From the NCBI RefSeq assembly GCF_006345805.1, contig NC_043012.1, positions 5,022,001 to 5,086,000 of the forward strand: a DNA stretch of 64,000 nucleotides, written 5' to 3'. This DNA comes from Octopus sinensis (Eukaryota). Positions 1 to 14,789 of the stretch are shown here, one piece after another (positions within the stretch are counted from its first letter, which is position 1; every line of letters begins with the position of its first letter). A program made the translations under genes and the position numbers. The notes beneath the pieces were generated by a model, which was not told the DNA's origin, did not search any database, and saw only the letters and a list, made by a program, of their open reading frames with translations.

Positions 1-270
1 TTAACGTAGTTCTCGGGGATATTCAGCGTGACACAGAGAGTGACTAGGCCGGCCCTTTGAAATACAAGTAAAACAGAAACAGGAAGTAAGAGTGAGAGAA
101 AGTTGTGGTGAAAGAGTACAACAGGGATCACCACCATCCCTGCCGGAGCCTCGTGAAGCTTTTAGGTGTTTTCGCTCAATAAACATTCACAACGCCCGGT
201 CTGGGTATCGAAACCGCGATCCTATGACCGCGAGTCCGCTGCCCTAACCACTGGGCCATTGCGCCTCCAC
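1..270 (-). mobile_element. tRNA-derived SINE family A, partial (cut by window edge)
   Basis: Reverse complement matches the full copy at 20252-20638, including head GGAGGCGCAATGGCCCAGTGGTTAGGGCAGCGGACTCGCGG with A/B-box-like motifs. Confidence 0.9.
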
Positions 271-281
271 TCTTATATATA

Positions 282-469
282 TATTACACATAGATACCTC
301 ACGCTAGGAGGGACTCTTAAAGTCAAAACTACTAAAATAAATAAACACACCGTACCGAAACAATTCTCGAAGGAAGTAATTTAAAAATTGTTTCGGTACG
401 ATGTGTTTATATATTTTAGTAGTTTTGACTTTAAGAGTCCCTCCTAGCGTGTGGCATCGATGTGTAATA
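282..469. mobile_element. Palindromic MITE-like element (long inverted repeat, TA at both ends)
   Basis: Arms 282-365 and 386-469 are near-perfect reverse complements (e.g. CACGCTAGGAGGGACTCTTAAAGTCAAAACTACTAAAATA / TATTTTAGTAGTTTTGACTTTAAGAGTCCCTCCTAGCGTG) around a 20-bp spacer. TA at 282-283 and 468-469 is a possible TSD. Confidence 0.75.
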
Positions 470-609
470 GTGCCCTCTATATAATATAAATGAATAAATT
501 TAAAGGAAAAAAAATTTATGGATTTTTTCCATTATGAGGTTTTTCACGCTAACTACGTGATAAATTCTTATGAAGATTTTATCCTATTTTTAAATGTATA
601 TATGCACAC

Positions 610-655
<46 letters not shown>

Positions 656-833
656 CGTTGTTTAACTGAATTGTATGGTATAATCGCAGTTTACTCTATC
701 AGAAAGTTAAAAGTCTAAATTTCATTAAGAAATGTGTATTTTTCGTAAGCTTAGCATTACCCTCTTCTAAGCGTATCATATGCACTCCTCCTGCAGCATC
801 TCTTATATTAACTCTCTCCGTATGTCTCTTTTC

Positions 834-896
<63 letters not shown>

Positions 897-2649
897 GTTC
901 CCGCAATACGATGTAAAACGTGAATGGAGAAATAATTAACCACTATCAACTAAGAAGCATTTATATTTGTTATTATCATATAGAGATATCTACTCGATTA
1001 CAGCCAGACTAATGTTAAGCAACAGATATAACCACCAGAACACAAGAATAACTGGGATTTTCAAATTAAAAAACGCTCCACTTCCTTCAAGTTATTTATA
1101 TATACGGTAATTTTAATGCAGCGGGATTATTGAATTAAAATGGCGCTTTCTGAAGCAATGTAGGGATATGACTGTGATAAATAATGTTTTCATGGTTATC
1201 ATATCTGTGGTTGAGACTTCCTGAATATGTTTGTGTATGTTTGTGCCTTGTTGTTCATGTATGTCTAGTGACTATTTGTGAATATTTGTGTGAGAAAAAC
1301 GTAAAATAAATCGCCAACAAAGATTTGTGTTTGCCATAACCAAAATACTTACTGTATGTATGTGTGTGTATGCGTGTCTGTATGAGTGTATGTGTGAATG
1401 TTATACGTGAATATATGATAAAAATGAGCAAGCATACACACGCACACATCTACGCATGCTTAAATATTTGTGCATATGTGCGGAATAGTCGTCATTGTGA
1501 TGTTATGGTCTGTATGGGAGTGAGAAAATAATGATTAATGGTGATAGAGATATATTAGACGTAAGGAAAAAAACAAGCAAACACACGCATACACACACAT
1601 ATCTATATTTAAGTATGAAGGAACGGGACATATGGAAGGAATAAAACGATGATATGACTTTTTTTTACCTATTTGCTTTCGTTGCTTTTCTATTTTGTCA
1701 ATTGTTGGACACACCTAACCAAAAAACGTTTTCCATCTACAGACGCAGGAATTGTATCCAACTTTTATTCCATTAGTAGACACCGGTGTGTAAAATTCAT
1801 TAAAATCTTTTTCTTTATTGATATCTTATACGGGTGGAGGAAATACGGAAAAACGAATATGATTGATATTGTTTCTTGCTATTGTCATTGTTGCTGTTGG
1901 CGTTGTTGGTGCCGTGGTAAGATTTAATTAGATGAATCTATATAAGTAAAGGCGTTCCAGCTACGACCATTTCATCGTTCTTTTACAAATATCACGGACT
2001 ATACTCTCAGTGAGACTGTTTATTTTTTTCTTATGACTGTAAGTAGGACTTCAAGGAAATTTGGTTGCTATTTCTAGCAAGATGAATGACCACTTTGAGG
2101 TCACCTTCTTGGTTTGATAATAACGACACTGTTGCTATGTTAACTTTGATGGTTACGGTGACAGCACCAGATGTAAAAGTAATGATAACATCTAATAATA
2201 AAGCTTAAATATAATACAACATCTATGAAAAGCAAACCCGGCCTTTCTGTAAACTCCATTTTAACATCAGAAAAAATAGATTTAATGTATTTCTCCTAGA
2301 TATTATTTTCACATTAGAACTTTTTATTTTGTTACAAAGTTTAATTAATTTTATTTCATTCTTTTTTCTATTTGAGGGGAATTACTTCAAGATTTTGTGT
2401 TTCATGTTTCAAGGATGTATGCGTCATCATTTTTTTATATCTCTGCTTTGAGGATGCTGCTGATATTTTTGAGTTCTGTTGCGTAACCCAACCACAAATC
2501 AGCGGGGATAATTTTGTTTTGGAGCCCTCAACATCTGATAGAATCGCTAGAGCGTTTAAACCTCGCAGATTCTATTCTTCAACAGGTTCAACGAATGTTG
2601 ACTACTTCCAAATAACATGAATATGTAAGACAGATACATAACCAAGCAA

Positions 2650-2905
2650 GGCTGTACCTTTAAGGAGGACGATTTGCAACCACGTGGTTTCACTTCCACA
2701 GCACGGCACCTGGGGCAAGTGTTTTCTAAAATAGCCTCGAGCTGGCCAATCACTTTTGAGTAAATCTGGTAGACGGAAAATTTGTGTAAGCCTGCCATAT
2801 GTATGTACGTACGTATGTATGTGTGCGTACGTGTGTTTGTGTGTGTGTGTGTGTGTGTGTATGTGTGTGAGTGAGTGTGTTTGGAGTGTGAGTGTATATA
2901 CATAC

Positions 2906-2969
<64 letters not shown>

Positions 2970-3245
2970 ATATTTATATGTATGTGTGTGCATATGCATA
3001 TACATATTCATATGTGTACTTGTGTATTTGTATCTTTGTCTTTGACATCACACCAACGTTGGACACCTGCTGTTGGTTAGTTCACATCTCCGTAACTAGC
3101 GGTTCAGCAAAAGGCACCCATACAATAAGTATTATTTTTTTGAAAAAAAAATCATGCGTACTACATATTTGTTCGAACTAAAGCAATTGAAATCGGTGCC
3201 CCAGCATGGCTGCAGTCAAATCACTAATACAGCTAAAAGACAGAA
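2650..3245 (+). mobile_element. SINE family B, diverged copy with internal (TA)n/(TG)n
   Basis: GGCACCTGGGGCAAGTG head, internal microsatellite, and CGGTGCCCCAGCATGGCTGCAGTCAAA tail shared with the 21064 and 55471 copies. Confidence 0.8.
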
Positions 3246-3264
3246 GTTGGAAAGTTAGATAATT

Positions 3265-3324
<60 letters not shown>

Positions 3325-3739
3325 ACACACAGAAGAAGAGAGACAGACAGACAGACAGCGAGTCGAATCACGGTGTTGGTGAATATCTTTGCACCTTATT
3401 AATTTCTCATGGACACTGACGTGAAAAATCATGCTAGCCATTAGCAAAATATCGCTTATGAAAAATTCAATGACAGCTGATGTTCTACAATGAAGATAAA
3501 ATGAAGATAAAATAAAGAAATAAATGCAGCAATGTTGAACGCGGTAATATTATACTTAATTTAATTATCAATTAAATTAATGAAACTAGTGGCTAGACAC
3601 GGCGGTAAAATAAACAGGAAATGTGTAAAAATATTTTCTTTGATATAATAAATCACATTTGTGATAGAAAAAAATCTAAATTGGTCAATGATTAACAATT
3701 ATAGATACATATTCTTTTAATCTTTATCGTGTTACAGTA

Positions 3740-4220
3740 ATTTAACTGTGGCCATGTTGGAGCACCGCACTAAATGGTTCTAGTCGAACAAATGGACCTA
3801 AGGATTTATCTCTCATGCCAAGTACCTATTATCTCGATCTCTTTTCGTGAACCGTTAAGTTACGGGGACCTAAACACGCCAGAACCAGTTGTCAAGCAGC
3901 GATGGGGTAAGGCACAAAGACATACACACACACACATAAATACATGCATACGCACACACACATAAATACATGCATACGCACACACACATAAATACATGCA
4001 TGCACACATACATACATACACGCACACACACACACACACATATATATGTGTGTGTGAGTGTGTGTGTAATGACAGGTTTTTTCAGTTTCCGTCCACCAAA
4101 TCGACTCAAAAGGATTTGCTCTTACTGAGGCTAAAATAGAAGACACTTGGCCAAGGTGTCACGAGGAACCCAGAATCATGTGACTGGAGAGCAATCGTCA
4201 TTCCACATATCCACGCCTGC
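3740..4220 (-). mobile_element. SINE family B, diverged copy
   Basis: Reverse complement contains the family B head, an internal CA/TA repeat and the tail motifs. Confidence 0.8.
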
Positions 4221-4265
4221 AGTCATATACATCTATATACTGATATATATCTGTGAATATAGTAT

Positions 4266-4297
<32 letters not shown>

Positions 4298-4904
4298 TTC
4301 AAAAGGAGAAGGATGACTTCACTGCTAATTCTAATCAATGTTATTGTTTAATTATATAATTTTACAGTTTGGTTTGTAGATCTTGTAAGTTCTTTGTTAA
4401 CTTCGGTTGTGTGTATGTCTGTATGTCTGCAAATGTGATAATCATAACTACTAGTGGGACCCGTTGAAATTCCACTGTGTAAGACAGCAGATCTGAAAAC
4501 AAGTTATTATATTAAAAACAACCAAAGTATTTCAAAAAACTTCTTTTGAAATCCAACCATTTAAAAAGAAATGCACTTTTAAATGTAATTGAATTGAAAT
4601 TAGAAAGTATTGTTTATTTACCTTCTTTTAATATTTCTGACAAGTATCTTTTTCTGACAAGTGCTTTATACTTTTAGGAAATAAAAGACGAATCAAAAAG
4701 ATAAAAATTACTCATATTTACAAAGAAAAACCATTTTTCTTTGCCCAACGCTTTCGAAGCATGCACCAAGTTATTTATCAAGTGGTACTGTTTTCATTTC
4801 TTTTCTGTTCCTTTCGGTTCATTTATCTCTCTATGTGAATATCTATTAATATATCTCTATATCTTCAAATCTATTAATATAACTGTACTGTAGACTCACC
4901 TACG

Positions 4905-4936
<32 letters not shown>

Positions 4937-4947
4937 CATCTATCTAT

Positions 4948-5025
<78 letters not shown>

Positions 5026-5028
5026 GTA
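4905..5028. repeat. (TATC)n microsatellite, 5' flank of Tx1-like LINE
   Basis: Direct tandem TATC units. Confidence 0.95.
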
Positions 5029-7255
<2,227 letters not shown>

Positions 7256-7566
7256 CATATCTGCCTCTCTAATTAAATATCATTTTATTCTCCTCCTGCC
7301 GATGTACATATCTGTCGACTCTCTTGATACGGACGAGCATTTAAACTTGATAACAAAAGCACGACCGTAGCCTTTAGTCTGGAACGCGTAGAAGATAAAA
7401 ATATAACGTCCACAGTTATTTGCTTGCAAAAGTTTTTCACTTTAATTTTACTATCTGTTGGTATATCATTTAATGCATAAATTTATAGATTTCATGATAT
7501 GGTATCACTGTGTTAAACATTTCGATCACGCCTACGATTTGAGCACACATAAACAGCATGATATAC

Positions 7567-7697
7567 TGAACTAAGGTAACACCCCTTATTTTTCGAGCAC
7601 CTTCCGGAGTATTCGAGCGGTTCCAAGCAGTGCTGTTTTCTGCAAGTGCTCCATCCTTATTGCAGCCCCGCTTTGTTCCATGGACTATTTTATATAC
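7567..7697 (-). mobile_element. RLE-type (R4/Dong-like) LINE 3' coding fragment, subfamily 1
   Basis: Minus strand reads MEHLQKTALLGTARILRKVLEK*, the typical C-terminus of restriction-like-endonuclease LINEs. Confidence 0.7.
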
Positions 7698-7729
7698 ATT
7701 ATTATTATAAATTATCAGTATACATTATT

Positions 7730-7818
<89 letters not shown>

Positions 7819-7821
<3 letters not shown>

Positions 7822-8153
7822 TAGTTTTATTTTTATAGCGTGCTTTCACTTCACTACCGAGCGCAGCTCTGTGTGCCTTGGGTATGTGCTGTGATTTGTT
7901 GTGATGCTCTGATGGTTATTGTATGGAAGTGTTCTGCGTAGGATGTGTGCAGTGTCTAGTAGTGCAATTTTCTGTATGTTATATGTGTTTGTAAGTCCTG
8001 GTGTTTTTGTTATGTATTTGTCTGAATATTTTTTTATCATGCCTAATGCGCCTACTATGATAGGAGTTGTTTCTGTTTTCAGATTCCACATTCTATTACC
8101 TCTATTTCCAGGTCTTTGTATTTTGAGAGTTTCTCAATTTCTTTTAGAGACAC
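7819..8153 (-). mobile_element. RLE-type (R4/Dong-like) LINE, 5'-truncated 3' end with (TAA)n tail, subfamily 2
   Basis: Minus strand reads EIEKLSKYKDLEIEV/RMWNLKTETTPIIVGALGMIKK...IQKIALLDTAHILRRTL, followed by a 3'UTR. (TAA)n flanks both sides (7735-7818, 8154-8215). Confidence 0.8.
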
Positions 8154-8216
<63 letters not shown>

Positions 8217-8539
8217 TTACTGCTGTTGCAGTTGTCACTCTTGTCGTTGTTGCTGTTGGTGGTGGTTATTCTTATTACTTCCAGTTATATTATTCAATCA
8301 GAAATAATGAAAGAAGAGCCACCCTAGGCTGAATTTGAACACGAAACCAAGCGAGATGATGCTACACGTAATAATGTACTCGGTCGATCATCCTCGTCTT
8401 TTATGTCACATTTCTTACTTGCTAAGAGCCATAATAACACGTTGACACTCGAGGGAAATCGTTATATGTTTGGAAAGAATTAAATCAACACAAGACTATA
8501 CATATATATACATATATGCATACATATATACATACATAT

Positions 8540-8598
<59 letters not shown>

Positions 8599-8619
8599 TT
8601 GTATATGTATATATGTAAA

Positions 8620-8665
<46 letters not shown>

Positions 8666-8849
8666 ATAATATATATATCTGTTGTGTGTTTTGTGCGTGT
8701 GTAAGTGTGTATAGGAACGTATATCTGCGAACAAGAAGTACGATGTATACTTCTAAATAACATACGAAATAGCTTACAACACGTCCATTATTCTTACACA
8801 CTCGCACACACACAAGCACACACATACACATATAAATATATATACATAC

Positions 8850-8947
<98 letters not shown>

Positions 8948-9544
8948 TTTTCCAGATTCACAACTCACTTTTCTATGACTGCAAACAATTCCGGTTTAAA
9001 TATAGCGATTTTTATTCAATACAAACTTTTCCCCGTTAGCTATTCATTTCAAGTTGGGTTTATCTCTCGGGAAATGTTCCTAATACAAACTTATTGAGAT
9101 ATTTATTTTCTTCACATTTTTTCGAATTTTCTAGATATTTATTTTCTCACTCATTCTTTAATACATTCTCTTCCAGATTTTATTCGTTCCTTTCTTTCTT
9201 GTTTTTTTTTTCAAATTTTTTCTTCGTTCGTGTCACTCTTTCATACGAATTTTGTTACACGCATTCTTTCCTGTCGGTTTCCTATCCTCGTCATTCACTC
9301 TCATTTCATTCAATACCCCACCCCTGTCGCTCTCTTTCTTTCACACCTTCTTCCTCTCTGCATTACTCTCCTCCCCTCTCTTTCTCCCACTTTCTCAACC
9401 ATAGTTCTTTCTCTTTCTCTTGCTCTCACTCATTCACTATTACTCTATTCCTTTCTTTCCCACACTTTCTCTCTTCCTATATGCCACCTTTTCGATTCCT
9501 TATTATTGCCGCTTCATTTCTACATTTTTGCACATTCAGGTTTA

Positions 9545-9550
9545 ATAATG

Positions 9551-9627
<77 letters not shown>

Positions 9628-9725
9628 AAGAAGAAGAAGAAGAAGAAGAAGAATAATAATGATGATGAAGATGATGATGATGATGATAACAACAGCAATA
9701 ACAAAATAATGATAATAATAATAAA

Positions 9726-9772
<47 letters not shown>

Positions 9773-9792
9773 TAATTAATGATGATGATGAT
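9545..9792. repeat. Compound trinucleotide microsatellite (TAA)n(GAA)n(GAT)n
   Basis: Visible tandem triplets. Confidence 0.95.
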
Positions 9793-9997
9793 AGGCACCA
9801 TTTCTCGGCGTTCATCATCATCGTCATTTTTTACGTCTGAACATGTCTTTCAATTTTCAATCTGTACCTCAACTTCATTTTTCATTTCACAGATAAATAT
9901 ACACATATATATGTACATATAAATACATAAAAATACACACATATATATATAAGTGTGTACATACATACATAAAAAAATATATATATATATAATACAC

Positions 9998-10059
<62 letters not shown>

Positions 10060-10879
10060 ATATATATAACATATATACATATGCATATATGTATACGTAT
10101 GTATATAAATATATATATATACACGTATATATACATACATATATGTATGTATGCATATATATATATAAATATATATTGTGTGTGCGTATGTGTGTTTCTT
10201 ATGTACATTGGAATAACTATTTTCATAGCTATTTTCTGAAAACATCCCTTGAGCAAAATGAAATATTTGTTTGGGTCTGTTGTACGCCTGCGCGTATGTT
10301 TATATATGTATCTATGTATGCATGTATGAATGTGTGTATAATTCATCGTTTTCTAAGCCTTCTCTTTTTTTTTCGGTTTCACATAGTGACTCTGTAGCTC
10401 TTTTACTCCGAATTTTTTTTTTATTTCCTCAGATTCTATAAAGTTTTCTATCATCTCTCCTTCTATTTCTCTCCCTCTCTCTCTCTCTCTCCCACTTTCT
10501 CTCTGCGTTCCTCCCTCTCCTTCTATCCATATGCATAGGTGCGTTTGTGTGTGTGTGTTGTGTGTGTGTATGTGTGCGCATAGAACTCAATAGCCATCTC
10601 CTAAAAATGTCCTTGAGCAAAACGTCGAAAATAAAAATAAATACATGAATAAAATAACAAAATAAAATAAAATAACAAAATAAAGACATAGTTTTAAAGA
10701 AGTAGCAGCAGTTTGGTGTACGCATTGGTAGTGGTAGTGTGTGTTATTTGTAACAAAGGCGACATCGAAACAGCCAGAAAGCCATGAAATACAAAAATAA
10801 TCATAATTCTGTATTTCCGCACAAGAGCATATTCTCGTGCGCATTGTGCGCAGCGAATACAATACGCAACAAAATCTGT

Positions 10880-10953
<74 letters not shown>

Positions 10954-11039
10954 AATCTCTCATTCTATTTATCTATCTATCTATCTATCTATCTAGTTCT
11001 CATTCTAGCTATCTAGCTATCTATTTCTTAATCTATCTG

Positions 11040-11125
<86 letters not shown>

Positions 11126-11483
11126 AATCTCTCATTCTATTTATCTATCTATCTATCTCTCATTCTATTTATCTATCTATCTATCTCTCATTCTATTTAT
11201 CTATCTATCTATCTATCTATCTAGTTCTCATTCTAGCTATCTAGCTATCTATTTCTTAATCTATCTGTCTATCTATCTATTAATCTATCTATGTCAATAC
11301 GTATGTTTGTGTGTGCGTCTGCGAGGGTGTGTCTATGCGTGGGAAATATATGTCCGTGTACAGCTAATTACAAAGCAAACATCAACATATCTATTTTATA
11401 CGCATGTACAATCATGCATATAAACAATTTTGTTAAACAATTATTCATAGTCTAGTGACGAAGATAATAATCTATCTTTGTTC

Positions 11484-11545
<62 letters not shown>

Positions 11546-11652
11546 TTTTACATTTAATTTTCCGCCTAAAACTTCCATCGACCGTCATAAATCATAGTGT
11601 ACGCCCATTTGACTTTTTGTAGCTTATGTTTTTATACTTGAATTCAATTTTC

Positions 11653-11747
<95 letters not shown>

Positions 11748-11790
11748 GCCTGTCTATCTGTCTATATGTCTGTCTATCTATCTACCTACC
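10880..11790. repeat. (TATC)n arrays, with a duplicated composite block in 10951-11275
   Basis: TATC tracts interrupted by unique sequence. The block CTAGTTCTCATTCTAGCTATCTAGCTATCTATTTCTTAATC occurs at about 10993 and 11221. Confidence 0.9.
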
Positions 11791-12142
11791 TCGGTGTATC
11801 AGCCGAATCTATCGTCAATATCGTCACGCCTCCTTCCTTCAAACGGGAAGGAAGAGCTATTTTCATCATACTTGTGGCTATGGCAAAATAATGTATCTGG
11901 TGGACGCGTCTGAAAGGATTAGAGACAAACACTTTCCTCTTTGGTCAATCTCTCATCAACTTCTTCAAGAATCACTTGAAAAGGAAGGTGAGAGTAGAGA
12001 GGCAAATTTTGTCTAGCGAATGTTTCCAAAAAAGATGGATGAATGTAGCAAGTATGGTACGTATGAATGACGAAGCCACCTTGAGTATGATCCTATGAAC
12101 CCGGAAAAATTTAAAAGAGTTACTTACTTGCAAATAAATGCG
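11790..12142 (+). mobile_element. Tx1/L1-clade LINE, second 3' fragment (ORF2 C-terminus)
   Basis: Translates [38 protein letters not shown]...DEATLSMIL* and is highly similar to 6459-6710. Starts immediately after (TATC)n. Confidence 0.85.
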
Positions 12143-12838
12143 CAAAAAGGTTTAAAGTGAATCTGTGCCAAGCGGTTTTACTCTGCGTACTTTAGCTTCG
12201 TTATTATGGCAACAGTCCGGATAGTTATTGATCAGACCTCATATGTATGTATATATATACACACACACTCACGTACTTGCATACATTACAGGCGCAGGAA
12301 TACTTATGTAGTTGTAGGTAAGATGATCGCTTTGTAATTACGTTGGCCAACACATTTTCATCATAGGCCCTTGTTCGTGGCCAGGCCGCATCATACTCAC
12401 CTGGACCTAGTACTATATCTACCTAGATCCTAATTATGTGTGGAAACATGAGTATTTTCTCATTTTGAGAAATGTCATACAAAATTCGAGATTGTTTTCC
12501 ACATTATTGATTTTGAATGGTTGTAGGTCTTGGAGTCAGATTCTGAAGAAATTTTTTTATATTAGAATTGTCAGATTTAATAAAAACATAATGTTCAATG
12601 GAGGTCAAGGAACGCTTAGAAATACATGCTTATATCACATATAGACTTACAGACATATACTTACAAGCACTCATGCTTATATATATATTATACGAATATA
12701 CACACGCAAGTATGAATGCGTGAGATGCATGCACAAATATATCAAGGCATATACAATGTTCACACATACACTTGCATATGCACACTTATATTCACAAATA
12801 TACTAAATCACGCATCGAGGACACATCACATATGTCGT

Positions 12839-13204
12839 GGCACCCCGTCGGTTACGACGACTAGGGTTCCAGTTGATCCGATCAATGGAACAGCCTGCTC
12901 GTGAAATTAACGTGCAAGTGGCTGAGCACTCCACAGATGAGTGTGTACCCTTGACGTAGTTCTCGGGGAGATTCAGCGTGACACAGAGTGTGACAAGGCT
13001 GACTCTTTGAAATACACGTATAACAAAAACAGGAAAAAAGAGTGAGAGAAAGTTGGGGTGAAAGAGTACAGCATGGTTCGCCACTTAGTGGAACTTTAAG
13101 TGTTTTCGCTCAAATAACACTCACAACGCCCTGTCTGGGAATCGAAACCGCAACCCTTCGACCACGAGTCCGCTGCCCTAACTACTGGGCCATTGCGCCT
13201 CCAC
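12839..13204 (-). mobile_element. SINE family A, near full length
   Basis: Reverse complement aligns end to end with 20252-20634. Confidence 0.9.
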
Positions 13205-13712
13205 TCATATATGTAGACTGTGATAAACATACAATACACATGCAAGATATGTACATGAACACACTAACACACGTAGTCATTTACATCTACACACATACAC
13301 ACATAAACGAATTCATGCATACATACCTACAAATATACCAAACATACACACAAATATACACCTTCACGTTCACACATACATACACCGAATACATACTCGC
13401 ACACACACGCATACTTATACTCACTTCCTCATAAATACATACATTTACCTACACAAATACTTACACATACACATAAACTTACATACATACACTAACTTGC
13501 ATACGCACACATACATATATTGCAACCGTACAGCCTCTCGCACATTCATACAGAAAACATACATAAATGTAGACACATAGAACCACTCAAACACACATCT
13601 ATTCGCATATACACATACATACACAAAATAGCACACATACAAGTATTCACTCACACAAAGCACCGACACGCACATGCACGTACACACACATGCAGACAAC
13701 TGCACTCAAGAC

Positions 13713-13744
<32 letters not shown>

Positions 13745-14218
13745 TATACACACGCACACACAGATACAGACATACAGACAAGAGCACAAATGAACAAGAG
13801 CACACACACACACACTCACACACATGTAGACAAACACATACGCACACACTCATACACACAGAATAAGACAGACAGTCATACATACATACGCACAAACATA
13901 CGAACAACCAAATGTAAATTAAATAAAATTGAGGTGAAACGAATATTTGTTATTGATTCCAAGTTTTGCAATGACCTTTGTAACATTTCCTCTCGGAATT
14001 TTTTCCTTCACTACAGTTGCTTTGGTATTCTCTCACATCCTCTCATTACTTACATCCCCCACCACTCATAACTATCTATTTTTCTTTCTTTAGTTCCCTC
14101 TTCCTCTCCCTCCCTCCCCCTATCTCTCTCAATATGTGTGTGTATATATATATTATTATACCCACACACACCACACACCACCACATATATATATATATAT
14201 TATATACATATATATAAT

Positions 14219-14252
<34 letters not shown>

Positions 14253-14262
14253 ATCTAATATC

Positions 14263-14314
<52 letters not shown>

Positions 14315-14639
14315 CTATGCGTCTACACACACCACAAACACACTAGTGTAAATATATACATGTATTTCTCATACTGTTCTCTGATATTCTTTATAATTCA
14401 CTCACTCATGACCTCACTCACTCACGCACTCACTCACTCACTCACTTACTCACTTACTCACTCACTCACTCACTCACTCACTCACTCACTCACTCACTCA
14501 TTCATATAGACATGCAGACATCCGCACATAAGACCACACATCGGAACATTATATCTTCCAAACGTACAAAAATAAGTTTTTGAATACATACATACGAACG
14601 TACACACCTACATGCATATACACATACTTAGACACCTCC

Positions 14640-14775
14640 CTGTTTCTTTCTGTGTTCCTTTCTGTGGAAGAGCCTACGCTCGAAACGTTAAAGACTTCTT
14701 CACTTCCCGAACGTTAAACTAATACATCTGTTCGTTGTCTACACCATCTGGCTTCGTCTTTTGTGTTTTTCTGTG
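14640..14775 (+). mobile_element. Penelope-like terminal repeat fragment with hammerhead-like motif
   Basis: CTTT-CTGTGGAA-GAGCctacGCTC-GAA-ACGT-T-AAAG. Its distal part recurs at about 25411-25460. Confidence 0.55.
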
Positions 14776-14789
14776 AATTTGTGGTAGTA

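Noticed and set aside
10835-10865. Paired GTGCGCA motifs (MRE/NRF1-like)
   Set aside because: The motif arises readily from GT/GC microsatellite decay elsewhere in the window; no independent support.
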